A DNA stretch of 57,979 nucleotides, counting the filler, from Platydemus manokwari (taxonomy: Eukaryota), in the NCBI GenBank assembly GCA_037951405.1. It is 5 parts of 5 records of this genome, joined end to end, with 100 filler letters (N's around TTAATTAATTAA, not from the genome) between each part and the next. Parts side by side here need not be neighbours in the genome. Positions count along the whole stretch, not along the records: positions 1 to 9,073 come from JBBMOY011303984.1; positions 9,174 to 18,740 come from JBBMOY011202655.1; 3 more parts are not named here. One strand, 5' to 3'. The position numbers and the translations under genes were made by a program. Each line of letters starts with the position of its first letter. Position 1 is the stretch's first letter. The notes below the pieces were generated by a model. That model did no database searches, was not told the origin of the DNA, and saw only the letters and a list, made by a program, of their open reading frames with translations. This document shows positions 1 to 13,232 of this stretch, piece by piece.

Positions 1-147
1 AATCAACAATATTTTAAAAGTGAACAAAACCTTTAAATTAAAAAAATGATTCCAGAAATAATGCAATTCTTGTAACGATACAAAAATACTGCCATTACAT
101 AATAATAATTATATAATCAGGACTAATCTATATTAATCTGAAAAAAA

Positions 148-3100
148 TTACAGCATCCATGTTTTCAAACAAAACATTATTAAAGCGCTCAGACCCACCG
201 TAACAGGTAGTGTAATAAACCAAGCAAAACATATGTGCCTAAAAATTTTCCAATCAACATTTTCACTGGAACGATATCTTCCAACTGCTACTATTGAGCC
301 GACTTTACAATGAGTTGTAGATATTGGCAATCCAATATTCGATGCTAAGGTCACAGTTAACGCAGAACCAAGCTCGATACAAACGCCACTAAAAATTCAA
401 TAAAAGTTAAAGATAAACTGATTAAAAGATATTAATGATAATAAATATTAATAAAAATAATAATTATTATAATTGAAACGGGTTACCAATAAAGATGACA
501 CAAGTAGAAAGATACAAAATTTTGATAAAAAAATATTGAAAAAGAGGATTCATCTATCATGAACATCCATTGACTAATGACACCTCGTTGAATGTTTTAT
601 GATGATTTGGTTACAAAAGCATAGACCACATCTATTATTTAGTATTGAATACAACCTTGGACCAACAATTTCATATTTTAGTCTTTGGTGGATTTTAAAC
701 AACAGCTGCTATCACTTAATGTGATTATGTTTCAACACCGAGAGAACATGAGAATGCTATGAAAGATTATTGAAGGTTCAGCAGCACACTATCTACAAAG
801 CTCACTAGAACCACAGTAAATATTCAACATCATATTCACATTTTAACTACATAATGAAGTCATCACATATTAGATCTGCAGGCATTTGATCTTTAATTGA
901 AATATTATTATATTAGTAATCATTCAATAATTGAATTATAAATATTGCATAATCGAAGTGCAATTTCAATTTTGAAACAAAAGTGACATGATCATGATTT
1001 TTGGATACAATATTCCAAATTATATTTAAAGGCTTCATTATTGTAATTTATGAACAAGATAAATCTACTTTTATGAGAAACTTAACATTCAACCGAGCGT
1101 GTTAAGAATGATTATGAGTTCTGAGTAAGCTGAAATAATTAATACGCCTATTATTGTTTATTCATCAAAATCTATACTGGAAAATTTATTTTGAGTGATG
1201 TATATGCAAAATATTAATAGATTTAAAAAGAAACTGCAATTTTAAATAAATTTTATAAATCACTCTAAATATAGAACGACATTTATGCATCGCGTCGATA
1301 ATCATCAAAATAAAATTATTGTTTAATTTATATTTTTTTATATCAAATTTTAAAAATTTACAAATATTTCAGATTTCACAAATTTTGATATAATTTTTAG
1401 ATTTGTTTATTTATATTTATATTTATATGATTGATGTAACTGGTGAAATGTGACTTGTTAGACTTATTAATTTAATTTTTTGTCTAAAATTAAGAAAAGG
1501 GATCATTAAATAAAATTTTTAATTTATTGAGTGTATTACAAAAATCTATATAGATTATTTAATTACATTCTTTAAAGGCATTTTAAATTATTCACATAAG
1601 TACTTGATAAGAATTTTATTTGTTTGAAATAAAATATTAAATACACTAGAACTTCAAAATCTCCTAAAAATTGATTATTTGAAAAATGGATCAAACTATG
1701 TTGAATTGGAATTTATTGAAAATTAGCGAGGACTCCTTTTCTAAAATTAGAAGCAAATTGAGAGACGCTCTCACTTTTTACAATTATTTTATAAAATAAA
1801 CAACGATATTATTAAGCGTGGATATGCATGTTATTAAACATAATTAACTCAATTTAGAATTAAAAAATTTTAATTTGGAAAGTCAAATAATCATATAGAA
1901 GTGTTGTAATTAGAATAGGTACTTAGTTTAAAATCAATGTTTTCGTCATATTCGACATCCATAAAAGATATTAACTGAATTTTCGAATAAATCAAAAATC
2001 ACTATTATATATAAAATTAAGTTATAAAATTATCTCATTCGGGAAAATTTATTATTACAAAAGTAAGTCAATGGATCCTTTTTCTTAACTTAAGACGAAT
2101 ATCGCACAAAATGGGAAAAAAACTTGAAATAAAAATTATGAAATCATGAATAAGAGAAAAAATGATAGATTGAATTCAAACGATCCAAAGTAAAATTCTC
2201 ACTGATCTTGAAATTGTTAACAAACGCATTAACATTTTTTATAGTTGTCTGTATTGGGACTTGCGTAATTATTAAAGGAATTAATTATATAGCAATTAAA
2301 AAATGATTGATATAAGAATACAGGGAAATTATTTGTTATGTCTCATTGTGAAAGTACATCGATTAATTCGACATGATAGCACGATTGTGGAAAACAGGTA
2401 TAATTTCTAGAATTTAGAATTTATATCAAAAATCCACCAATAGAAATCGTTACGAGGACAGTATTACAAAATTTTCTCGTACATTTCAATGTACAAAAGA
2501 GCAGAAGAGAAAATTTAAACTTGAATTATTTTTTTGAAAAACACGTCAAAATCTATATACAAAAATCAAGTCTAAATTTTGAGTATGTAAAAATTACATA
2601 ATTATCAGGTTATATAACGAGCATTAATGTGAAACTTTTTACAATTGTAGATCGAATATTATTTATAAAAAATACAATTTGAGTAATTTATTTTCAATAC
2701 AGAATTTGTACTGGCATCTTTCATTAAATTTAAATGATAATTTAATGTTTCCTGTTTACCGAAAATAAATTCGAAACTTCGAATGACCTCGGGGGGTTAA
2801 TTAAAACAAAATGATTTTACAAAATCTTAATTTATACAATTTTTATTTTCATATGTTAATTATTTATTCCAGGTTCATCAAAATACCAACTCGAACTTCA
2901 TAAATAATGTGATAATTTAGAAAATTAATTTCACAATTGGAAAAAGAAATCTATGAATAATAATGATTGTGATGATAATTAATTCATAAATTGACATGTT
3001 GAAACTAAATACAGTATCACATCACAAAACATGGCCGAAAATTGGCGCATTCAACTCCAGTAAATAAGATTACTTAAGAGTTCTATAAATTAATATTTTT

Positions 3101-5662
3101 TATGAAAAATAGTTTTCAAAACATTTTTTAACAAATTAACAAATCGATTTCGATAATTATAATGATGTAAAATTATATAAATAGGGCATGAACTTTTATT
3201 GGCTGAAAAAACGAGTTTGCCAGCAAAAACACATTAAAGAATCTAAAAATATATCACTTATAGGTAGGCCGTATAAAGTATAATATAAGAAAATTGTATG
3301 AACAATAGTCGTTTTTGACGTGAGAAATTCTAATTAAAATCAGTGTCAGAAATAAAACTGGTATAATCAATAAATAAAAATGCTTTGAAATCTTATTATT
3401 CGAAACTCTTCGAGTAATTAATTCATATATTTAAAAATAGAATATAATGTTTTGATAATTAGGTATGTTATAAATAAATTCATTTCATGAATGGTTAATT
3501 AAAAATAATAACAATAATTAATATTTTAACATTTATAAATATTATCAATATTTTATAATGTTTTTATCGTTAAAATATTAACAGGTAATATGTTATTATG
3601 ATTAATTACATTCAAATTATTATTACTATCATTATGAAATGATATTTCATTAAATAGCTTTAATAAAATCATTAATTTAGATGTCAATCACTATGTCATG
3701 GATTACAAAAAATAGAAATATCTGCGATAATATTAACGATGATAGAAAAGTGAATTCAGTGTGCAACAATAACTGATATGTTTCCAACTTGATAATTAGA
3801 ATTCTTCTACTTCTACCGATTGAAGCAAATTGAATAAAAACGCCCAATGGTGGAATATTTATCACATTTAAAAAAACAGACGAAAATTACCAAATTTTAC
3901 TAATTATTCCATATGAAAGCTTTCCTCTTCAAGAAATTCAGTTAATAAATTTCCACTTTTTTAAATTGAATATTATTCAGAAAATATGACAGTTTTATAA
4001 AATATAACTAATTACTATTCTGATTTTTTCAACTATAAGATAATCATATAGAAAAATCTAATAATAAATGATATTTTGTTATAATATAATATATTGGAAA
4101 AATTTAAGAGGATTTCATGAATATTCCAGAAGATATTTCAAAATTAATGGAATGTTTTAGACTGGATTAACAATAAGATGCGCACTAAGCAAAACATCAT
4201 TTTGAATCAAATTATACTATACAAAATGGAATTTTATAGATGACATATACAGAATTATTAGATATTTTAAAAACCATGAAGTGTATTTTGTAATTAAAAT
4301 TTGATCAATAAATAAGTATAAAAATAAATAGCTTTGGTGTTTATTTGGAATTCAATCTGAGCACAATGAGTTTTCTCAATCCTACCATGAATATGATGTT
4401 CATGAGTTACTACTAAGGTGAAAAAGTCATTATATAATTATATCATATTTTATTTCGAATGCCTATCAAAGATTGGGTAGCACTTATTTATTGATTTTAT
4501 TCTAGTATTAGATATCACATATCTGTACAAATATTGATGATAAGCAAACAAATTATAAATTACCTCGATGGTGTTATTGTAGTTAATTCATCACCCATGG
4601 TTTTAATAACTCTTCTTCCCCAAACCCACAAACCAACAGTAATCCCAAGTCCTCCATAAAGTAAAATCCAAATTGGAACATCCATTCGGCTGTTGATATT
4701 TTGCGTTAAACCATATATCCATAAGCCAATGAGAGGGCCAATAGCATTGCTGTGAATAAAACTCATTAATGGTAATTTGACAGACTATTATAACACATGG
4801 CACTAAAATATTCCATAAAATGTCTATGAAATATAGCAAAATGGATTATCAAGTTTACATTACAAAAACTGACAGAAAAAAATATCGGAAATTTTATCCT
4901 GTAATAAATAATCGTGAAACATATATATAAATAATTCAATACAAGTATTGTTACATGTGTTCTATGTGTTGTCAATACACCCATCATAATAAGAACTTCT
5001 GGTCTTTATAAATCTTCTCCATTATAGTGTTGGACGATATTCATATAAACTTATGATATTTTATGCCACAATCAACAAGTAGAATCACTTCTCAATCTAC
5101 ACATACCTTATCAATACAATAATTAGTATTGCCGTAATTACATCACAACCTTTGTTTAAAACTATTTTATATAAGATGCGAAACATTTTTTCATAAATAA
5201 TAGAAATGATGATGATCGTTGATGATTTCCAGATCAAGGGATTTTAATGTCAATACCAATATAATATATTGATTAATAAAGTGTAATAATACCATTATCA
5301 TTGGAGAAACAAAAATTATAAATGGATTATGAAACAATAGCAAAATATTATATAATCGATAGATTTGTTGATACCTGACATCATTGCCACCATGAGCAAA
5401 ACCGCCAAAAACTGCAGTTAAAATCTGAAGACCAGAAAACAGTTCATATTGCTCCGGTTTATCTTTAATTGGAATGCTTTTTGGTTTAGTCTTAGAAAAT
5501 AGCAATAATTAAAAGAAAGATAAAGAAACGAACTTACAACTTTTGCAACAAATTCAATGTCTTTATGAGGTTCAGATGTTCCATTAGATGTTGGATGATT
5601 TTCTTCCACGTTGGTATTACCATTAGCATGGGTCATTTTTACTGTTCCATTAGAGCACACAT
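148..5662 (-). CDS. SLC20A: Sodium-dependent phosphate transporter, SLC20/PiT (PHO4) family; last four coding exons only (5662-5538, 5490-5375, 4749-4564, 388-148)
   Basis: Splicing at GT-AG sites keeps the frame and gives the PiT motifs [56 protein letters not shown] and [13 protein letters not shown], ending at TAA (148). The N-terminal PHO4 domain is not seen in this contig. Confidence 0.93.
1482..2096. mobile_element. MITE-like element (family A), ~615 bp with imperfect ~26-bp terminal inverted repeats, in an SLC20 intron
   Basis: Left end gtctaaaattaagaaaagggatcatt; the reverse complement of the right end is gtcttaagttaagaaaaaggatccatt. Internal sequence is shared with 18362-18740 and 49885-50180. 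Confidence 0.65.
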
Positions 5663-5957
5663 CTGTTTGATGATATCAATTTTAGTTTAGAATACTTTTG
5701 TTATCAATTTATTATTAATACAAATATTAGGGGGCCGATATTAATTATACTTGATGTTATTATTCACATTCTTATTATTGATAATAGTACTAATAATATA
5801 CTAATTATAATATTATCATAATACTAAGACAAATGCCGCATCACAATATGTGATCCATTGACGTTTTTTCGAATTTATTTCTTATATTTATCCATTGCCA
5901 TCCTATGATTTAACACCTGCTATGATTGCGTTCGCATTAATATCAATAAACCACCCA

Positions 5958-6119
5958 TATTAGGATTTATAATAAAAAGAAATTTGAAAAAATTTATAAT
6001 CATATTTTTATAAAATATTTTTATTGGTTTGAATAATAATAATAATTAAAATATAATTTGGTATTGTGACTTCTCAGTTCGTTTTCAATGCCTGCTTTAT
6101 AACATAGTAGTGGCTTACA
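5958..6119 (+). mobile_element. Solo LTR of the TRIM-like family
   Basis: TATTAGGATTTATAAT...GTGACTTCTCAGTTCGTTTTCAATG...GTGGCTTACA, with no PBS after it. Flanks are accca (5953-5957) and actca (6120-6124), a 5-bp TSD with one mismatch. Confidence 0.7.
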
Positions 6120-7129
6120 ACTCATTATATTATTCTTAATACAATTACAATTATTAATGTGATTATTATTATTACTTTTTATACATTTATAAAATATTCC
6201 ACTCCAAAATAACGCTTAAACTATAGGCTAATAGAAAATTTATATCTATAATGTCTTTGTTTTCTTGAGTAGTAGACAATTCAGATGCTTTATTTTATAG
6301 CTAATATTAATTTATAATTGTAAACACTCAATATGAATTATATTTTTATAGAACATAAACGTTTGATATTTATAAAATCGATATTTAATACATTGAAAAA
6401 AAAATGATGGTTCTCGTTTAATGATCGTGCCCATGGTAACACCGGTTATTGCATATTCTGATAACAGAGACATTTAATTCCGACTTATTTGCTCGTTTCT
6501 ATTTGTCTTCTGCCATCGTTAATATTTTATTTTTAAAGATTTTAAATCCGTATAATATTATTCTGAATGTGAATTATATGTATGGAATTAAATCTCAACA
6601 TATTCTAATTTGGAATCAAAACAAATTAGTTAAAGGTCAAAAAATAAAATAAAATAATCTTATATAATAGGAATGAGCAAAAGTAAGAGTGTTTTATTCG
6701 TGAAGCTGGTTCATATGTTATCATGTGGTTAAAGGTTAATTGTTCCACAAAAATACTATTATGTTTATAAATAGGATGAAAGTAATCCAAATCAATTTAT
6801 TACACACACACACACACATTGAATTAAATCCTCAAATTCTTTAATTTGTTACGTCACTATATTACTCACAATCCATTCATAATTTTCATATTTATTTTTG
6901 GATTGGATTTTTAAAATAATGTATTTAGTCGAGGAGGACAATTTATGAATCTCCTCCTTCTATTATCGTAAATCAACATTATTGTTTATTAATTTCAAAT
7001 ATTCTACATAATATATTAAACAAAGATTCTCCATACTATGATTCAGTTATTAAAGCTCAATTTCATAATCAATATATTAAAACAAAACTATTTCCTTTAT
7101 TGATTTTAATATTTTTTTCAGAAAATTCC

Positions 7130-8014
7130 ATGTACAAAATTGAACTCTTGATATTTCTATTGTTCATTATTTCAATTATTATAAAAAACCACGATGCAAA
7201 ACTAAACATATTTGAATTTAAATATAATCTCAGTAAAATCATATTTTATAATCAAAATGATCAAAAATTTCTCATCGTATCGGGAAAAAATTGTATTCTG
7301 AAATTTGCCACTGATAATCTGGCATCGCCTGTTGAAATCAGACAAACAGGCCCGGTGAATGATTCGATTCTATGCATTGGACCAAATCGTTGTTCGATGT
7401 CAATATGTTCCAACGAATTATTATCTCAGGACAAATGTGGTCGAAAGCTAACCGATGTTTATGTCAAATCGTGGACTATTGCGCAATCTAATTTAATTAT
7501 TTGTTATAATGTATATCAAGGATATTGTGAAACTATAGATTTGTTAAAGAACTTTTCATCCAAACCTCGAGGTAGAGGCTATTCTATTGTGACTTATGAT
7601 CTCAATTCTCATTCTACAATTTTGCATTTTCAAAACAAACTCTACGTTGGTGTTGAAATCAATACTTTGTTAAATTTTGTTGCTATTGAATTCTATGCGA
7701 TTTCGATTCGAACATTGCCTAATATTGAAATCATCAAATCTGATCAGTCTCGATTTTATCCTTATTACGGTCGATTAAGATCAGGATCCAAATTGATTTT
7801 CCCTTTGGAATTCAAAGGTTCTTTCCATATACATGACAATAGAAAAGATGCCAACTCGATGGATTATATTTTCTTTTTAATTAATCAACCTGAAAACAAA
7901 CTTGATCCAAAGAATGGAAAATTCCAAATGCGACTAGTCCGACTCTGTGCAAAAGACGATGATTTTTCATCGTTTATCGATGTGGGTTTGAATTGCATCA
8001 ATGACAAAGCTCAG
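7130..8014 (+). CDS. Plexin-like protein, first coding exon (signal peptide plus N-terminal part of the Sema domain)
   Basis: Hydrophobic leader MYKIELLIFLLFIISIII. Plexin-type Sema motifs QTGPVNDSILC, LTDVYVK, LIICYNVYQGYC, LYVGV and RLVRLCAKDDDFSSFIDVGLNC. Acceptor ttttcAG at 7121 and donor CAG|gtagtg at 8014. Confidence 0.8.
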
Positions 8015-8058
8015 GTAGTGCACTTTTCTGTGATTATATTGATAGACTTAATGAAATA

Positions 8059-8198
8059 TTGAGGCTGCTATAAAATCATTAATTCACTAAGCACACATTG
8101 AAACTGACTGGAAAAGAAACATCACAAAATAATATATTTAGCCACAATTATTTAAACAAATAAATGTCTTTTGATATTGATTTATAAAATCCTCAACA
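8059..8198 (-). mobile_element. Degenerate solo LTR of the TRIM-like family
   Basis: The minus strand begins TGTTGAGGATTTTATAAAT and contains CAGTCAGTTTCAATGTGTGC...TTTTATAGCAGCC. No TSD recognisable. Confidence 0.5.
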
Positions 8199-9004
8199 CC
8201 CAGTAAAATTATCTAGCAAAATTTCTAAATTGGCCTAGAATAAGGAGGTAAATTTAGAAGGGTGAATTTTCGTATTAGAAAATTCTTAAAAATTAATTTT
8301 GCAAATTCTCAGATTATATCAACCATGTTTTCTGAACGATACACTTCTAAGAAATACGAAGTATCTGTTTACTCATCCTAATATATAGGCCATTGAGTTA
8401 TTTAATAATTTTATTATAAATAAATTTTAAAATTTCCTCCACTCTGAAAAATTTCATTGCATTAAATACCTCAAAAATATTTGCAAATATAAAATTATTT
8501 ATTTAAATTCAGAATTAAATATATGAGCGTTGCTTATTGATTGATTGACAATTCCAACAGATAGTCTACTGATAAAATTATTTTGCAGTTCGTCTTACTT
8601 AATCAATATCGTATAGAACCATTTAATAATTAATTCATCGGTAGATCCGAATCCATTAACTATCATTTATCACTTGGCCACAGTTATCTGTCATAATTTC
8701 ATTTTGATTTTACATTAGCCTATGCTTTACGAAATAATTGACAAACTATGTAAATTATACTTTTAAAATTCAAAACACAATTTTAGTAATCGAAAAATCC
8801 TTAAACTTCAAAAACCGGAATTAATAAATTGATTTGATAAATATGCAAGAAAAATGGAAATTTTAGTGATTTGAAAATAATCAATCAGAAAGGGGATAAC
8901 TAATATTATCAAACGCAAAGTCTACCAATCAAAATGGAGAATTTTTTTAATCTCCGATAAAAATTCTAATTATATCATAAATTAGCATTTATTTTGTACC
9001 AATA

Positions 9005-9073
9005 TTAGGCTGAGTCAAAAGTTATTCATGTTTTTTAGTTGTTTAAAGTTTTTGTTTTACCAAATCATTTAAA
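9005..9073 (+). mobile_element. Probable mariner terminal inverted repeat at contig end
   Basis: TA followed by TTAGGCTGAGTCAAAAGTTATTCATGTTTTT resembles recalled Hsmar1/MADE1-type TIRs (TTAGGTTGGTGCAAAAGTAATTGCGGTTTTT). The partner end is not visible. Confidence 0.45.
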
Positions 9074-9173
9074 NNNNNNNNNNNNNNNNNNNNNNNNNNN
9101 NNNNNNNNNNNNNNNNNTTAATTAATTAANNNNNNNNNNNNNNNNNNNNNNNNNNNNNNNNNNNNNNNNNNNN
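9074..9173. other. Artificial contig spacer N44-TTAATTAATTAA-N44
   Basis: Exact 100-bp layout repeated four times in the window. The 12-mer puts a stop in all six frames. Confidence 0.97.
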
Positions 9174-10395
9174 TCATAGATAGATCGATAATATTGATGA
9201 AATTCGCTACAATGACCAGATGAGAATTTTTCGAAATAATTATCTTCATTTTGGTCTACATTGTTGCAGTTTCATTGATTTAATTTCAAAAAACGAATTA
9301 AATGAAAAGCTCTCATTGCCAGATGAAATTAAATAAAATTCAAACGAAATAGATGTGAAGGAGAAAATTTTTAATCATTCTTTTGATTTCTTTTCCATTT
9401 TTTATATTCAATTCAAAGTTTAACTATAATAATTGATTTTATATTGAGCAATTATGTTACTAGAATTATAATAATAATAATAATTATTATTATTATTGTT
9501 ATTATTAAAAAACAAATTAATTTCCATTATAGATTTTCTCTAAAATATTTCTTGAATTCCTATCGATTTAACGGGGTAATTGATCAATAAATCGTCAATA
9601 AAAAGTATTTTATTATCATAAATTGTTTCTTCAATTGCAAAATTAGTTTTCCAATGCCAAATATGAATGAAATTTAAATTTAAAAGAGCGAAATTTTATA
9701 TAGTAGAACCACAGAATGAATTAATTGACAAAAGGCTACTACTGCATTCATAGTGTTTCTGGGACATGGTTAGACGGATAATGGGCTACATTAACACAAT
9801 CATTGAAATAGATGTAAAATTACACACACACACCCACAGAACTGATTTATGGCTGGCGCTAGTCTATTAGATTATGTAAATTATATAGGCAGTCATTGTC
9901 TTCAATTTATTATGAATTCTTTAATTATATGCCATGCTTTTGTCATTTGAGTTTGTTACGGGATTGGATTTTACACGTAAAAGTAATTAGCCAATGATGA
10001 AGTGCAATGCAAACATATTACCATTTTTGCTGTAAAATTATTCACTAGATTATCTTAACATGAAAAATATAATTAATTATATATATACATAATCATTATC
10101 ATAATATTATCTTAATTATTATCAATATCAAGTTGTCATTTACAACTGCATTGCTATGGAATTTTATATCCATGTTTTGTCTAATCTTTAACATTGTTGA
10201 TATTATTGTGAGGAATTCCTAATCAATTTATATCTAATAGATCATTTGGATTCGGAAAACAGATATTAGAAATAATAATGATAAATTTGATTTGTTAATA
10301 TATATGGATTAAATATACTTTTGTGGTTTGAAGTTCTTCGATTTGTTTCCAGTTCACATGTAATATACGCGAGCATTTTCTATTGAATTAGATTT

Positions 10396-10869
10396 TGTAA
10401 GGATTCAATTTTGTAAAAAATTTAATTCTGTATAAAAGATTTTTGTATAAAATCAAATCTATTTGTTTATATAATTGCATCGATAATTTGATGTCGTGAC
10501 TTTTCAGTTGGTTTTTAAAGGGTGGTTTTGAAAGTTGTAAAGGCTCTCATGGAGACCACGCCAGGACCGGATTCTGAGTGGACATAAAGAAAATAAAGTA
10601 AGGGTAAAGTAAAATATAAAGATTTATGGAAGATAAAAACAGATAGAAGAATTTGAGTTTTTTATGTAGATTAATATGTGAGCATTCAATACAATGCCCA
10701 TTAGGAATACAAAGAAAATCAAAGATTCTAAAGAAAGGGACATCTGATAATTTGAAATTGAATTTGATAAAAAAAATTAAATAAGTTTCTTGAAATATAT
10801 TTTGGTGTCCTGATTTTTCAGTTCGTTTTTACAGTGTGTGAATTACAACATAAAATAATAATTATTACA
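10396..10869 (+). mobile_element. TRIM-like element, full-length degenerate copy (5' LTR 10396-10549, PBS 10550-10567, PPT 10730-10740, 3' LTR ~10743-10869)
   Basis: TGTAAGGATT...GGCTCTCA is followed by TGGAGACCACGCCAGGAC. AAAGAAAGGGA precedes the second repeat. Both repeats contain the TGTC(G/C)TGA(C/T)TTTTCAGTT core. Confidence 0.68.
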
Positions 10870-13232
10870 ATTATCATTATTAAGTGATTGCGTAATAATA
10901 ATTTATATTTCATGGTGATCATTATATAATATTAATTTATCTCAAAACGAAACTGTTGGAATTTTCAATTTTATTTCCAAAAAATCAATTATTAATCGAG
11001 GGAGTAGTTTAGGAAATTTAGAAAAAACATAATGACAAATATATCAATAAAAGTTGTTTGTCCCATTTTCTTTGTTAACACATTGACGGACAGTAGAAAC
11101 AAATGAAGTTCGAAATTTGACACTAGATGTGTGTACTTAAGTTGCAAGTCGTGTAATTGGTGGAAAACAAAAGTCAACCGAAAGAATTGTTTCCAAAACA
11201 TGACACTAGTCCTCTATTTGTACGCCGATAAATAATCATTTGTGCCGCATATAGCCGCATTGTCCAAAAAGACCGTCATGCCACATAGTGAACTTCGTTT
11301 TGAAGGTTATAGACGCAATTGTCCGTCAACGAGATAATTATCGTTCCATTATTGTATGTTATGGCGTTGCCATATCTTCATTCAAATACCATCGACCTAA
11401 TTATACAATCTGAAATTATTAAGGATGGTTTATTTTTTTTGAAATTTTTAAAATTTGCTGAGAGGCAAAGGTTAACAGCGACCATCATATACACGGCTCT
11501 GATAAGATTATTAAGGATAGATAAATAAATAAATAAGCGAGAGATTATTTCTTCAATCGATTTTTCCCAAATTTTTTGAATATTCAAATTAATCACACTG
11601 ATAACCTTTGACATGATTTTAAACCGGTCCAATCGATGATGTCTTGAACATTTGATTAGGAATTTCTTCAGACATCTTCTTTCCATAAATTTGAATGCAT
11701 ACATTCAGAAAAACAGGATTAACTAATTTAATACTACCTCGTTTTAAATCGATAACGAAATCTTAAGGTTTTATTGAAAAAGTGTCGAAATTAATGTGGT
11801 TAATCTTGTTTGTCTGGATTGTGGAATAAAGATATCGTGTAATTTACAGAGTAGATGCTTTGGGATTTATAATAAATTTAGATTAACTGTATTGTTAGAT
11901 AATTTGATAAAAACCACACTCAGTTATCGGTCAACACTAAGTTACTGGTTTGAATGAGTTCAAATCAGCTATTATAGTAAACTGGATTATGTTCTCAATT
12001 TTTAACAGAGGTATAAGGCTTCATAAAGAATAACATGTTGCCACGTAATGGAAAATTGTCTTTAGTGACTCGTTCATATTCTTTACAACTTATTTTTAAT
12101 GGATTTGTTGTTTATTTCTTGTTGCTTTTAATAAAAAAGCTTTGTCTCGATTATTTTCTACTCTTTTATTGTTATATTTTATGAAGAATATTGTATTAGA
12201 AGAGTGAATTTAAATTTAAGTCGACTCCCAAAGGACAATATGATGAAACTTATTAAGATAATTGCGTGTTCGATTTGTTTCGAGTGTGTATCCAGGATTC
12301 GATGAGGGTTTCAAACAAAAGATCGATCTAACTGTGAGCTATTTATTAAATTATCAATCGCTACACCTGCCTTCTCAGATAACCATCACCATTATCATAT
12401 ATTTCACCGCTCCAACAACAAACGCATAACAATTGCTATTTTATTAACTAAAGAAGCCAAATAAACTCCTTCAAGAATCTTAATGGGAAATATTTTCGTG
12501 AAATTTGATTTGTCTTTTATCAGTGTTACATTTGTCATTAATTTTTTGTTGAAAATTTCCATTAAATTATAACAATTTGTTTTGAGTTGTCAAGGCAACA
12601 TTTTCATTTGCCGTTATAACATATCTCACATTTCATTATTATAACCAATACATTTTCGTTTGGATTAATAAAAATAGGGAAAAAACCCCCACTTTTTTCC
12701 ATATGATATTTTTATAATCGATTTCTCATTTTTTGTATTTCATAAATAACAAAATCTAATCTTATTCAGCTCAATAAATATGATTATTGGCAGTGAAGAA
12801 TGAGTTGCGACATACTGGCATCAATTTGCATAATCCCGATGATTGTTTTGAGAATTTTAATTAAGGTTTACATTAGTAAACTGCTATATTCAGTGTATTA
12901 TTAACAAAAACAACACTAAATATTTTTGATCTCTCTTCACATTCCTTGAAATATACATCAATGGAAATTTCTAATGGAGAAAAAATTTTCGATTTTTAGA
13001 AGGGGAAAAATTACTTTTTCCGTTCTTGGAAAAGCTGCTTGATTGAATCTTAATATTTGAGCAAAATAGGATGAGGATTAAAATAATAATTTAATCAATA
13101 AATTCTGATGACGTCATTGCGATTGTTATTGGGTGATTGATAAATTAGGAAATACTATTTTGTTTGTTAAGCCTTTTTCTCCAAGACCATTGCTGTGCTT
13201 GTTGATCGAACACAAATCCAACTTATCCTTTC

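Noticed and set aside
9118-9129. Regularly recurring palindromic TTAATTAATTAA as a biological repeat or CRISPR-like motif
   Set aside because: It is always centred in 44+44 N, which marks it as an assembly linker.
11000-11700. Possible piggyBac transposase remnant on the minus strand
   Set aside because: Only vague similarity (IASITFKTKFTMWH) with no clear catalytic motif or termini. A TBLASTX/HMM search would be needed.
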